From Euprymna scolopes (Eukaryota), in assembly GCA_053919585.1 (NCBI GenBank), contig CM132814.1: 64,000 nucleotides of DNA. One strand, written 5' to 3'. Made by a program: the position numbers and the translations under genes. Below, piece by piece: positions 38,426 through 51,823 of the stretch; positions within the stretch are counted from its first letter, which is position 1, and every line of letters starts with the position of its first letter. Below the pieces are notes generated by a model. It was not told where the DNA came from and ran no database searches. It was given only the letters and a program-made list of their open reading frames with translations.

Positions 38426-40284
38426 AACATTTATTTAAAAGTATATTTTTAAAAGAATTTAAGTTACTTAAACCAAATTATATGACATTACAGACTTAAT
38501 GTATATTAAGTTTATGTTATATAAAAGTACATAGCATTTATTATTCAAATTTTTTATATGCCTGGTAAGTACCATGGATTAAAATAAAGCCAATTATTGA
38601 AGTTGTGAAATTAGAAGTTATGGTTCAAGCGCTTTTATATAATAGAAAACCCCTATCAATTTAATCAATGTCGGCGTTTTATCGTAATATGTATGTGGTT
38701 GCGTAGCTCATTGACGGCGAAACAAACATATTTGCAGTTTATAATAATCTAAGTACTACACAAAACTCAATATATATACATATATGAAAAAGAGAGATAG
38801 ACAATGGTCATCAATTTACAAGTGTTTCGGTGTAATCACAGATAATCAGTGTGGATAAACATTACAAAGCTTGAATCCACAGCAACATTGCATGGAGTCG
38901 GATACTTCCTTCGAATATGTGATGTATTTAAATAAATAATTTTAATATTTTTTTATGGTTGTTTTAAGCGATCATGAATACTATAAAGACAATCTTACAA
39001 TATTCAATTCTTAAGTGTTCTTAAGTGTTTTCTTTTTGTAAGAGTTTACTCGCTTACATGATTTTGGAACACTTTTACACTTTTAGGGACGCATATCGTT
39101 ATATTTATTTATATATATAATGTATATCCACGTACACGTGTTTCACTGTATCTACAGATCATTAGCGTGGCTGACAATGACAAGGCTCCACCTCACCTGA
39201 ACATTTTGGATAGTAGTAGACGGTAGCGGTGCGATACACTCTTAAAACTATAGAGGATGGCAAAATATACTTTGAAATAAAACAAATAATATGCGTATTT
39301 ATATTTTCACATTTAAAATTAGAAATATTTATATAAGATGGTTTAATAGATTTTTGATCGCAAGTATACATATATTCACAGTATTTCTTATTTATGTTTG
39401 ATTAAAGAGTTAAAAAGGCGAATTTGTTGAATTTGTTCATACGCTACCTTTCGTGTCCGCCATAGCGTGAAACGCCTCAGGCAAACCACGTATACATTCA
39501 TACGGATAGCCGACGCACTGAGTAACATTTTACACGCCGTCCGTCATTTTCAATCCATGCACTTTACTCTTCCCCGCCCTCTTTACTGCCTGCAATACGA
39601 CATAATCGCACAAATGCAGGGGTTTGCCGGGCAAAAGTGGATAATTGTGAATATGATTTGCGATACGTTGCCATTAGTCAAGTGTAGCCTATGGTTGCCT
39701 TAAACTGCCACCCACTCAGTGCCCGATTGTCCAGCTCCTGTGCGACAGGAAAGCACGAATATAACGGACTCTGAAACTGGACACTCGAATACACTTTATC
39801 ACTAAGGGAATTTGGATAACCGAGGAGGTTATCCGGCTTTTACCATAGTGATCATTGATCAATTAGGAAAATGGAAGGGTTTTTGGAGGAGGGCAGTGGG
39901 TGATGATGGACGGTTAGTTGTTCTGAAGCGGAAAATAACAAGAAAAGAGTGATAGCTAGAGGAATTATGAAGAAGGAAAAGATGGGAGAAATTAATAAAG
40001 GCTAATGGTCAGAAAAGAAGCTATCTAGATTTAATTAAATAATATTACAAATAAAGAATATTTAAATAGAAGGAATGAAAATGTAAGAAAGTGTATGGAA
40101 GACAAAGATGAAATTTTGGAAGAAAGAGAATCAGAAAATCTAGAAAAAGAGAGGAAGATGCTAAAGGAGAAAAAGAGTAACAGAAAACAAAACTACTTTA
40201 AAAATGGAAAAAATATGCGATTATTTGCGTTATTCGGACTATCTTAATAATAACTGATAATAATAATAAACCAAGAAATAATGA

Positions 40285-40422
40285 TGGTTATGTTTCTGAA
40301 TTTTGTTAGATGAGTCTTGATAATTCGGATTATATAAATTATTAAAACGACTGTTCACACTTTGCGTGTTATTCAAACAAAGTTTTACCCGATTTAACCT
40401 TCAAGCTTCTTCACATCTATCC
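40285..40422 (-). mobile_element. P1 copy (degenerate HHR and tail) abutting the satellite
   Basis: Reverse complement aligns to 14265-14385 and 13585-13700. Confidence 0.55.
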
Positions 40423-42182
40423 TGTCGAACTCGGTAAATTTTTGTCGAATTCGGTAATCTTTTTGTCGAACTCGGTAATCTTTTTGTCGAACCCGGTAAT
40501 CTTTTTGTCGAACCCGGTAATCTTTTTGTCGAACTCGGTAAATTTTTGTCGAACTCGGTAATCTTTTTGTCGAATTCGGTAATCTTTTTGTCGAATTCGG
40601 TAATCTTTTTGTCGAACCCGGTAATCTTTTTGTCGAACCCGGTAATCTTTTTGTCGAACTCGGTAAATTTTTGTCGAACTCGGTAAATTTTTGTCGAACT
40701 CGGTAATCTTTTTGTTGAACTCGGTAATCTTTTTGTCGAACTCGGTAAATTTTTGTCGAACTCGGTAAATTTTTGTCGAACTCGGTAAATTTTTGTCGAA
40801 CTCGGTAATCTTTTTGTCGAACTCGGTAAATTTTTGTCGAACTCGGTAAATTTTTGTCGAACTCGGTAAATTTTTGTCGAACTCGGTAAATTTTTGTCGA
40901 ATTCGGTAATCTTTTTGTCGAACTCGGTAAATTTTTGTCGAACTCGGTAAATTTTTGTCGAACTCGGTAAATTTTTGTCGAAATCGGTAATCTTTTTGTC
41001 AAACTCGGTAAATTTTTGTCGAACTCGGTAAATTTTTGTCGAATTCGGTAATTTTTTGTCGAACTCGGTAAATTTTTGTCGAACTCGGTAAATTTTTGTC
41101 GAACTCGGTAAATTTTTGTCGAACTCGGTAATCTTTTTGTCGAACTCGGTAAATTTTTGTCGAACTCGGTAATCTTTTTGTCGAACTCGGTAAATTTTTG
41201 TCGAACTCGGTAATCTTTTTGTCGAACTCGGTAAATTTTTGTCGAACTCGGTAAATTTTTGTCGAACTCGGTAATCTTTTTGTCGAACTCGGTAAATTTT
41301 TGTCGAATTCGGTAAATTTTTGTCGAACTCGGTAAATTTTTGTCGAACTCGGTAATCTTTTCGTCGAACTCGGTAAATTTTTGTCGAACTCGGTAAATTT
41401 TTGTCGAATTCGGTAATTTTTTGTCGAAATCGGTAAATTTTTGTCGAACTCGGTAAATTTTTGTCGAACTCGGTAATCTTTTTGTTGAACTCGGTAATCT
41501 TTTTGTCGAACTCGGTAAATTTTTGTCGAACTCGGTAAATTTTTGTCGAACTCGGTAAATTTTTGTCGAACTCGGTAATCTTTTTGTCGAACTCGGTAAA
41601 TTTTTGTCGAACTCGGTAAATTTTTGTCGAACTCGGTAAATTTTTGTCGAATTCGGTAATCTTTTTGTCGAACTCGGTAAATTTTTGTCGAACTCGGTAA
41701 ATTTTTGTCGAACTCGGTAAATTTTTGTCGAACTCGGTAAATTTTTGTCGAAATCGGTAATCTTTTTGTCAAACTCGGTAAATTTTTGTCGAACTCGGTA
41801 AATTTTTGTCGAATTCGGTAATTTTTTGTCGAAATCGGTAAATTTTTGTCGAACTCGGTAAATTTTTGTCGAACTCGGTAAATTTTTGTCGAACTCGGTA
41901 ATCTTTTTGTCGAACTCGGTAAATTTTTGTCGAACTCGGTAATCTTTTTGTCGAACTCGGTAATCTTTTTGTCGAACTCGGTAATCTTTTTGTCGAACTC
42001 GGTAAATTTCTGTCGAACTCGGTAAATTTTTGTCGAACTCGGTAATCTTTTTGTCGAACTCGGTAAATTTTTGTCGAACTCGGTAATCTTTTTGTCGAAC
42101 TCGGTAATCTTTTTGTCGAATTCGGTAAATTTTTGACGAACTTGGTCATTTTTTGTCGATCTTGGTGATCTTTTTTCCTAAC
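40423..42182. repeat. 20/21-bp tandem satellite (TGTCGAACTCGGTAAATTTT / TGTCGAACTCGGTAATCTTTT), roughly 85 units
   Basis: Direct reading; runs into a gap at 42183. Confidence 0.97.
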
Positions 42183-42488
42183 NNNNNNNNNNNNNNNNNN
42201 NNNNNNNNNNNNNNNNNNNNNNNNNNNNNNNNNNNNNNNNNNNNNNNNNNNNNNNNNNNNNNNNNNNNNNNNNNNNNNNNNNNNNNNNNNNNNNNNNNNN
42301 NNNNNNNNNNNNNNNNNNNNNNNNNNNNNNNNNNACTGTCTAGAATGACACACCATAGAAAAAGGAACACTGCGGACAGACATTAAGCATGAACGTTTTT
42401 TACTAATAAGCATAAGATTTAATTACAATTCGTTAATTGTTACATTTTCTCCGTTTCGGTTTACTCTCCCACTTACGTCATTTTTAGT

Positions 42489-44083
42489 AATTATGTAGTA
42501 GCACTTATTATTTCCTACTTTCACTCACCCAGTCATTGCCGGAGCTATTATTTCATCGTCTATGCTTATCGTATTATACCGTGATTTTTTTTTTTTTTCG
42601 CTGTTACCTGCTACCAACACTTATGCAAACCTCATTACCTCTCTAACTACTGAACGCTAAGTTTTATTCGACTTTTTTGTTCAGGCTTCGTAATTACTTT
42701 TGTTTCTTTCTTTTTTTTTTTTGGAGGGGGGGGGTATCTCTTTTGATCAGGCTTCGTAATTACTTTTTTTTTCTTTTTCTTTTCATCTTTTTTATGAGGG
42801 GCTTGGAACAGTAGTTGATTTCACTTTCCAGCATAGTTATACAGACATTGGAACGTGCTAAAATAATAACAGCATATTTGTTAGCTCTTACAGATTTTCA
42901 CATAACATTTTCATACACTACCACATAGTTACATTTAATTTTTGCATTATAGTTACCAAATAGGATGATCCATATAATGCACAGCCACTACTATATACGG
43001 TTACATCCGTATTCTACATACGTACAAGATGCTCCGGCTTTGAACAATACACCACATTGGTCATGCCTGCCTTTTAGCAACGGTAACGGTCAGTGACTGC
43101 TAGTTGTTAAGACATCGAGTACCCGACAGTGATCAACAGTACCTATCCCCTGATAAGAAAACCAAATGACAGTATACGAATATTGAAGACAGGCCATTTC
43201 ACGTCATAGCAGTTTAATGGGATCAACACTGATCATGATCGATAGTGACCAATAATGACCAAATGCAAGTAACCGCCTATAAACGCCAATGATCACCAAT
43301 GCTCGCCATTGAAGACAGACAATTTTATTTGGCAGCAGTCCAATTGAGTCGGATACTGGTCATGGTAAGATAGCCTGTATCCACCAGAAAACGCAAGTAA
43401 CAGCCTCGAAACAGCACTAACAACCAGTAAGCATCAGTGCTCGCCACAGGTTTCTAGTGGATGTCAGTGCCTTACAATGCCCGACAGTTTAAGACAGACG
43501 GTTTCAGTTCAGAGCAAGTTACTGGAGGTCGACACTGATTATTCCCGCCAGTAACTGCCAGTACCGACAAGTAATCACCTCAAACCAACAATAAACGCCA
43601 GTTTAAGACTTCCGCTACCTGCCACCGACGGACAATAGCCGACAGTGCAAGCTATATGATTTAATTTCAATTCCTGTTATTTCACAAGGCTGAAAAAAGT
43701 AGTTTGATAAGTTTTAGGGGAGTCCAGATATATAAAGCATAATCTGAAGGGATCTTAAGAAGAAATTGTATTTCAGGGAATCTTGTTGAATTGCTGTCTA
43801 ATGACTATGGGTTGAATTCAATTAGAATCTAATATATTTCAATTTTTAAGAGGACGATGTACCCATATTTCAAACAAAAGTAATTACGAAGCCTGAACAA
43901 AAAAGTCGAATAAAACTTAGCGTTCAGTAGTTAGAGAGGTAATGAGGTCTGCATAAGTGTTGGTAGCAGGTAAGAGCGAAAAAAAAATTACGGTATAATA
44001 CGATAAGCATAGACGATGAAATAATAGCTCCGGCAATGACTGGGTGAGTGAAAGTAGGAAATAATAAGTGCTACTACATAATT
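42489..44083. repeat. Near-perfect ~215-bp inverted repeat (42489-42705 and 43872-44083) with a 1.17-kb spacer
   Basis: Arms differ at about 3 substitutions and one T-run length. Confidence 0.9.
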
Positions 44084-44612
44084 TCCCCTAAATTCCCCCT
44101 TAAAATGCTCGAAACTGACTTAAAATGTGGGAAATATTTATTAATTCATCTTCAAAAGTTACTGAAAAAATTCATAAAAATCGAATGCATGTGCATTTTA
44201 ATGGGGGGGGGGAGGGGCTCCATCCCCTTTTTAGCCTCTTTGCGTGTAATTTGATTAAACTAATTATAGCCGACATTTAAATCCTTTACACCTGCTACTT
44301 TCCAAAAATTTATAAGATTGGTGTATTAAATTAGAAGTACATTCTGTACTTACAAAGATATAAACATATAATTCTACCTAACTTTATATATAGTTAGAGT
44401 AAAACACTGATATCAAAAATACAATTTAAAATGTCGTTTTGTTGTCTAATATCATAACTTCAATAAACAAGATACGTTATTCGTCATTTACGTGTTTTTG
44501 TGTATGGAGGAGGGGCGTAAGCCTAGAATCCTTTATGTTGGATATCATTGTGACAGAATATCTATTTTACTCTTGTATTAGCATGTCAGGACAACGCTGA
44601 GTAATCTGGTTG

Positions 44613-44697
<85 letters not shown>

Positions 44698-44698
<1 letters not shown>

Positions 44699-45105
44699 CT
44701 ATATATTAATACGATAGCGCGCGTGTTCTTTTGTGTGTCACGCTTTCCGGCAAATTTCATTGGTTGAGATTTAATTTCGGAATACACATTAGTTCCGGAA
44801 TACACATTTACGAACGCTCCAGGCGGGATTCGATTAGCGTGTTCTCACCACTGTATTTGTTTTTAATTCTATAAAATTTAGAGTTTTATCTTTCTGGTAA
44901 ATGCAAAAGTTGTTAAGAAATAGTTGATTTTAAGTTATTCCGTAGTAAAAAAAAAAAACGATAACACAAATCACTTAGCCGGCGGACGCTATAAGTTTTC
45001 TTTGGACAAAAATTGATGCATCACTGCAGTTCTATATTTTGTAATAATACTTACAGCAGTTATTTGTTTATTTTTTATTTTTATTTTTTTTACATTTTTT
45101 TATTG

Positions 45106-45146
<41 letters not shown>

Positions 45147-45255
45147 CTTTTGCAGTTTTAATAAGAGCTACAAGACGTTTCCATTTACGCTGAATACCAA
45201 CATCAATATATTACATATGAAAGGGTCCGCTGTAGAATTTCCACAGGTCCCGCTA

Positions 45256-45256
<1 letters not shown>
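44698..45256 (+). mobile_element. Helitron family Z inside a (TAT)n tract
   Basis: A|TCTATATATTAATAC start, hairpin, CTAG|T end. Confidence 0.8.
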
Positions 45257-45310
<54 letters not shown>

Positions 45311-45531
45311 GAAAAATAAAAGAATTAGATTTTGGAAAATATGGATTTTTAGGCAGGAATTTAACTCAGAACTAAAATAAACAAAGTCGATTTGTGAATT
45401 TTCGGATCAGTTGTGGAATTTGATAAGAAATAAACATATTTTGGCTTACGTGAGAGATCACCTGTGTATGTGCTTGGACCTGTGGTTGAGGTTTTGCTGG
45501 CATTTCGGTTAAATATCACTGTGACTAAATA

Positions 45532-46370
45532 CAGGATGGACTGATAAATTTGTCACCCTAAAGAAAAAAAAAACATTACAGCTTTATTTCAAAACTATTG
45601 TTGAAAAAAATCAATTCAGATAACTTATGGAGTAGAGTTGATATCTATTTAATGTAGCTTCGCTCACCGCCTCGATACGGGTACGGAACTGGGAACATGC
45701 CTTTTCTACAATACTCGGCTCATGGTGGCCATCAGGTTAGCTTTGGTGTTATAGGAGGTCATGTTGGTGATGTTCTTCACGTATGATCAAACGAAGAAGT
45801 CCAGCGGGTTCAGTTCGGGGAATGAAGGGGCAGTGAGAGAAAGGTGCAAAGCTGTAGCACTCCTTCTGAAGCCAAGCCTGGGTCTCTTTGGACTTGTGTA
45901 CCGGTGCCGAGTCCTGTGGCCACATCTAAGGTCTGCCGGCGGCCACCTGATTGCACCAGAAGATCGCCATACTCTTCAGCACATCCAGGTACACTTTGGT
46001 GTTGACTTTCAAGCCAACTCCGAAGATATGAGGTGACATGACCGTTGTCGAAAACTTTGTTTTCATCACCCTGGGCACACCCTCGAGCGTTGGACCGTCC
46101 GAATTTGCATTTTGAGGGTGCTGGCAATGGTTCTGTTGTCATAAATTGGATCGATAGAGAGCATGAGTTGTACAGCGGCGCATCTTCGATTTCGCTCGAT
46201 GAACATTGTGTCACTTTCAGACATGATAGAAGGCACCTATCGCTCTTGAGGTTTGTACACAACTGGTGAACTAATAGATGGTCTGTAACAAAAAAGAAAA
46301 CCGTTTTTTATTAAACGGAAATGGAATAATGTTGTCTTTTCTAGGGCGACAATTTTATCGTTCCACTCCG
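45532..46370 (-). mobile_element. Non-autonomous maT-like (about DD37D) Tc1/mariner derivative
   Basis: Imperfect ~33-bp TIRs, TA on both sides, QDSAPVH...LNPLDFFV remnant. Confidence 0.8.
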
Positions 46371-47163
46371 TATCTGCTTTACTTTTGTATACAATGATAA
46401 ACATACTGACCAACTGAGAGAGGGCTTCTTGCTATCTGCTCCTCTACTCTCACTGTCTCTACACGCTCTCTCTCACTGTTTATGTAGTTTATATTGTTGT
46501 TGCGATACTAAGTGAGGGTGAGGGCATTTCCTGTTGTTGGGCTTCGGACAGACTGGTCAGATTAAAATGACGGATTGGAATTAATGAAATCTTCCGGTCA
46601 TCGCCAGAAAGTCAATGGCCAAAAGCGATTAACGACAAATTATTTATCTACGTTCAACATATTTGACACTAGATTGAATTTATATTCAATGCGAATCAAT
46701 AAACGCATTCTAGATTTTTCGGTTTTCTTTATGTTGCGTTCCTTTCTCTTTTTTTTTTTTTTTCCTTTTTCAATTACTTTCTTACTTTACTTTTTCTTTC
46801 TTTTTATTTTTTTCTTTCTTTATTTCTTTCTATGTTTCTTTCTTTCTTTTTCTGATTTATGTCTTTACTTATTTCCTTTCCCTTTTCTTCTACTATCTTA
46901 CTTCACTCCTTTCAGTTTTGTCATTTTTCTTTATTTCTTTTTATTTTTTGCTTTTACTTATTTCTTTTCTTTTTTTATATTTTCTGCTTTTACTTATTTC
47001 TTTTCTTTTTTTTCTTTCGTTTTTATTTTTGTTGTCTTCCTTCCTTCCTTTTTTTTCGTTTTGATGGGATTTTTGTTTGATCTACAATTTATTGCTCATT
47101 CAGTCTTGTAACTATGAGCTTAGTTAATGTAATATCTTAATTTTTCCTTAGTTTTATAATTTA

Positions 47164-48071
47164 CTAGCATTTCAGTCCGGCGTTGCCCGGGTGTTTGGAG
47201 GTGTATGTTGAGCAAAAAAAAAAGGTGGTAGTAGGAAGGCAGGCTCGAGCCCGTACCGCAACGGAGGAAAAGAACGGGAAATAACCTGACGTCTTTGCTG
47301 TTACGACCACCGCTAAACCAGTAGTGACGTAGGTTAAAATTAAGGCTAGACAATCGAAAGGAGAGGATGACTATCAAAAATATCGGCGAAAAAAGCGACC
47401 CCCCCCCTGTAGAAAGGGCCCAGTTGAAGGTGAAGATATTAATGTTTTTAGCCAATTTTTCGATATTTGTCGTCTGAAAGGTCGAACTTCAAGATGATAC
47501 TGATCTCGTAAAAATCCATCGCCTCTATGGACAGTTTTAAGCAGACATAAAAGCATACATGCATACATTTATATATTAGTAACTAAAAATTTTCGACCCA
47601 AACCGATTAAAAAGCTTGCCATATCTCTGAATACCCTTTATGTAAAATTTCAAATGTTTAAACCAGAAATTGTCTTTAGTAATTTGGTAGAGACCGCATA
47701 GGTCAATTTTTTTAAACTTTGATCCCTATTATGTCCTCTTAACATTCATTGGTCCAGGCTCAAATCAAGTTATTAAGTTAGATCTATGTCCAAAGAACCT
47801 ATATCTAAAATTTCAAGTGTGTAGACCCCAAATTGTCGGAGGAGATTGGTAGAGTTCGTTGAACTTATACCCCTTCATCGCCACATTTCTGGCCGAAAAC
47901 CGATCACATAGATTTTCCCAAATGTCAGTACCCTGTATATCAAATTTCGAGTCTGTAGACTAAAAATTGACAGATTTATTGCGTAGGGAAATGTACACAG
48001 ACACACAGACAGACAGATAGACACACAAACACACAGACACGTTCAGTTTTATAGATATATAGATAGATAGA
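47164..48071 (-). mobile_element. Helitron family A, tandem unit 1 (full length)
   Basis: Colinear with 35942-36851. Confidence 0.88.
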
Positions 48072-48515
48072 CTAGCATTTCGGTCCGGCGTTGTCTGGGT
48101 GTTTGGAGGTGTATGCTGAGCAAAAAAAAAGGCCAATTTTTTTTAAATTTGGCCCCTATTATGACCCCTTAACATTTATTGTTTTGGGCTCAGATTGAGT
48201 TATCAAGTTAGATCCATGTCCAAGGTACCTATATCTAAAATTTTAATTGTTTAGACCAAAAATTGTCGGAGGGGTTTGGTAGAGTTTTCAAAGGTCTATT
48301 CGTTGAACTTTGACCCCTTCATAGCCAAATTTCTGGCCGAAAACCGATCACATAGATTTTCCCAAATCTCAGTACCCTGTATATCAAATTTCTATTCTGT
48401 AGACTGAAAATTAACAGAGTTATTGTGAAGGAAAATGTACACAGATACACAGACAGTCAGACAGACACACACACACACACACACACAGATACGTTCACTT
48501 TTATAGATATATAGA
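48072..48515 (-). mobile_element. Helitron family A, tandem unit 2 (internally deleted)
   Basis: Both termini present, about 480 bp missing. Confidence 0.85.
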
Positions 48516-48840
48516 CTAGCATTTCGGGCCGGCGTTGCCCGTGTGTTTAGAGGTGTATGCTGAGCAAAAAAGAAAAAAAACGGTAATCTTTTTAACTTGT
48601 ACCCCTATTATGACCCCTTATAATTTATTGATTTGGGCTCAAATAAAGTTATATCCATGTCCAAGGAACCTATATCTAAAATTTCAATTGTTAAGACAAA
48701 AAAATTGTCCGAGGAGTTTGGTAGAGTTTAATCTTAATCGCCAAATTTCTGGCCGAAAACGAATCACATCGATTTTCCCAAACTTCAGTGCCCTGTATAT
48801 CAAATTTCTAGTCTGTAGACTAAAAATTGACAGAGTTATT
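48516..48840 (-). mobile_element. Helitron family A, tandem unit 3 (same deletion, runs into gap)
   Basis: CTAG terminus and hairpin; colinear with unit 2. Confidence 0.8.
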
Positions 48841-48974
48841 NNNNNNNNNNNNNNNNNNNNNNNNNNNNNNNNNNNNNNNNNNNNNNNNNNNNNNNNNNNN
48901 NNNNNNNNNNNNNNNNNNNNNNNNNNNNNNNNNNNNNNNNNNNNNNNNNNNNNNNNNNNNNNNNNNNNNNNNNN

Positions 48975-49316
48975 CACGTATACATAAATATATATGGAAA
49001 CAATTTTGTGTTTACTGTAAGCTTTTTACGCAAATATTATGCAAGTATAAATCATGTACAATGTCTGCATGAATATAATTACACGTAATAGTTAACTAAA
49101 ATTGATTATCCCATAAGGAAACCGAAAAAACTAATAGGGAATTAATTAAAATGAATGTTTAAAAGAATATGCAAATTAGCTAGATCTTTTGCTAGTGAAT
49201 GCATTTCCACAACCTATATATAAGAAAATTGTATTTTCTTTTTAAATAAATAAAAAAGAGGGTTTTTAATATGAATATCAATGCACACAAAAGAAAAACG
49301 AATTTTTTGGAGTATA
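48975..49316 (-). mobile_element. Family X 5' segment
   Basis: Reverse complement homolog of 17705-18000. Confidence 0.7.
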
Positions 49317-49351
49317 GATGTATTTTCTTTTTAAATAAATAGAAAAGAGGT

Positions 49352-50197
49352 TTTTTTACAAGGTGGTCAGCACTTATCAAGGGCCGGAAGCCACTCAGGG
49401 ATAAGGGTTATTGCATGTACAGTACGTTAGTGTAGAGATTTATTAAAAGGGGGCGGATCATTAGGTATTTGTTTACGTTGGACTTGAAGACATCCAGGTT
49501 GTAGTCAGGTAAGAAGCAGGCAGACGGAACAGAGTTCTACAGGCGTGAAGTTCTAAGAAAGAAGCTTTGTTCATGGAATCTACGTTTTGATTAAGGCACA
49601 GATCAAGAGTGGGGAAAATTTTTGACAGTGGTTTCAGCTAGACAGGTGTTTTTCATAAAAGATTGGCGAAGGGGGACCAGAGAATAGTGCTCAGACGATC
49701 ACCTGCCATAGAAATAACAATAAAACAAAGATAGGCTCGCAACGTCTCTTTTGTGGGAGAGAGGTTGCAGGGAAAACAACATGGCATCCCCTACTAAGTC
49801 ACGAAGTCTATTTTGTACTCTGTCAAGGCAGGATAGGCTGTTTTTAGCAGCTCCTGTCCAGATATGGCAGCAGTATTCCATCCTTGGACGTACTTGGCTT
49901 TTATATAGATAGAGAATTGCATCAGTAGTTAGATATCTTCTGGAGCGGTAGAAGGATCCCACCATCTTTCCAGCGACCTTGGCAACAGACTTGATGTACG
50001 TGTTTCCATTTCAGATCAGGAGTAAAGGTCCAGCCGAGAAGCTTGTCAAAAACATGGGGATTCTCCTAGCTGAGAGCTATCCATTTCCATTGATACCAGA
50101 CGGGGATCAGAACGTTGATTAGGTAAGGATAGGAGTTAGGTTTTAGATGCATTAAAGGTAACCAGCCACGGCTTCCCCCACTGAACCACGCGCTCGA
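49352..50197 (-). mobile_element. LINE family B 3' fragment
   Basis: LYLYKSQVRPRMEYCCHIW...LSHKRDVASLSLFY. Confidence 0.9.
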
Positions 50198-50467
50198 GAG
50201 AATTAATATAAACACAAAAGAAAAACGGATTCATAGGAGTATATATATCCATAGATTTTATTGTATTATTTTATATTAATATTACGAAGCTACAAGTGAT
50301 TCAAACTGCTCAATTGGGATTGTAGATATATCCTGAATCAGCAGGAAAACTATATTTTACACAATAGTTACACAATAAACGTTTTTATTGGGGTATATAA
50401 ATATCCCGTTGGATTAATCATATTTGGGACACCCAGGTGGATAATGCAGGGTCAGAAATGATGAACG

Positions 50468-50554
50468 CTGATTTCGATGACAATAAAAGTATGGGCGGTT
50501 GGAATATTTGTTGATACGTATTCAACCCCAGACAACGTCAGGTCTCCCTACTTG
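50468..50554 (+). mobile_element. Helitron family Y 3'-end fragment
   Basis: Similar to 17570-17652. Confidence 0.55.
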
Positions 50555-51107
50555 TATCAAATATTTCCATTTGGCAAATGGGAGGGAGTAAAATGCACTG
50601 TTATACAAATATCCTAAAATAGCGCACCTGCTATTTTGCAAAGTCAAACAAAATATTATATAAAATCTACATTATCCAAGTCAAAGTGATCGCAGGGGGG
50701 GTAACTCATGATCAAAATGAAATTGCACTTTTTAGCAAATATCTAAAAATTGTCACATTAGATTTTTTTCTCACAAATCCAACAAACACGATGTTTAATG
50801 CTTGTTTATATAATTTAAATAGTGATGATCACAAGGCGACATAATTAATGTTTGCCTTATTTTCATTCCAATTATTATAAATAAAGTAGGTTATTAAAAG
50901 TCCTTTGGGAGAATGTAAGATTCTGTTTTCATTAAAGATCTACTGCATTATATTATCAAACTCGATTATTGAAATTTGGAAAAGCTCGTCTCCAGAGAAT
51001 GGCCCATTAAGTATCCTAAAGGCAGGACTTTCTTCGTGAAATTTCAATATAGTCATCTTCGAAACGCCTAAGACGACCGGCTTGAAAAGGTAGAGAGAGA
51101 TTCCCTA

Positions 51108-51162
<55 letters not shown>

Positions 51163-51472
51163 ATCTCCCTGTCTTTTTCACTGTCGTAAATTGATCAAAA
51201 CACTTAATGAACTGCCTCCTGCAAGGCATTCTGGTCAATTACTCAACAACTAATAACCGCGTAGATCACTTTACTCTCAAGGTAATTGTCGAGAGTAGAC
51301 GATAAGTGAATGTTTAATGAGGTTGAAATGATCTGACTTACAAGAAATTCTGGCCTGGCTAGATCAACCCCAGCCCGCCGACAAGAACAATGGCTGACGG
51401 AGAACTTTCCTGACTTGTTCACTTGATGACGACAGACAATGATTCTTGTGCATATTTGTGCATGCTGCGCAT

Positions 51473-51553
<81 letters not shown>

Positions 51554-51688
51554 TTAGTTCTCATTTTCTTTCGCTCCCTGGCTTAACACCTCTGTCTCTC
51601 TTTTCCTCCCCCTTTATTTCGCTCTCTCTCTTATCTTCTTTCTCTCCCTGTTTTACTCCGTTTCTTTCTTTTTTCTCTCTCTGTCTCT

Positions 51689-51722
<34 letters not shown>

Positions 51723-51823
51723 TGCTCGCTCTTTTTTCTCTTTACTTTTATCTATGTCTCTCTGTCTTTTGTTACTTTTATCTTTTCTCCATCTTTTTCC
51801 TACCACTTTTTTTCTTCTCTCTC

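Noticed and set aside
38815-38852. HHR-like CTGATTA...GAAACA on the minus strand
   Set aside because: Core mutated, stems I and II weak
40423-42182. CRISPR-like array
   Set aside because: No unique spacers, eukaryotic context, no cas genes
40394-42413. ORFs of 200-257 aa across the satellite
   Set aside because: Stop-poor translations of a 20/21-bp tandem repeat
51078-51112. TTGAAAA-GGTAG...CTAC possible U3-A8 HHR
   Set aside because: GAAA half absent, replaced by (CT)n
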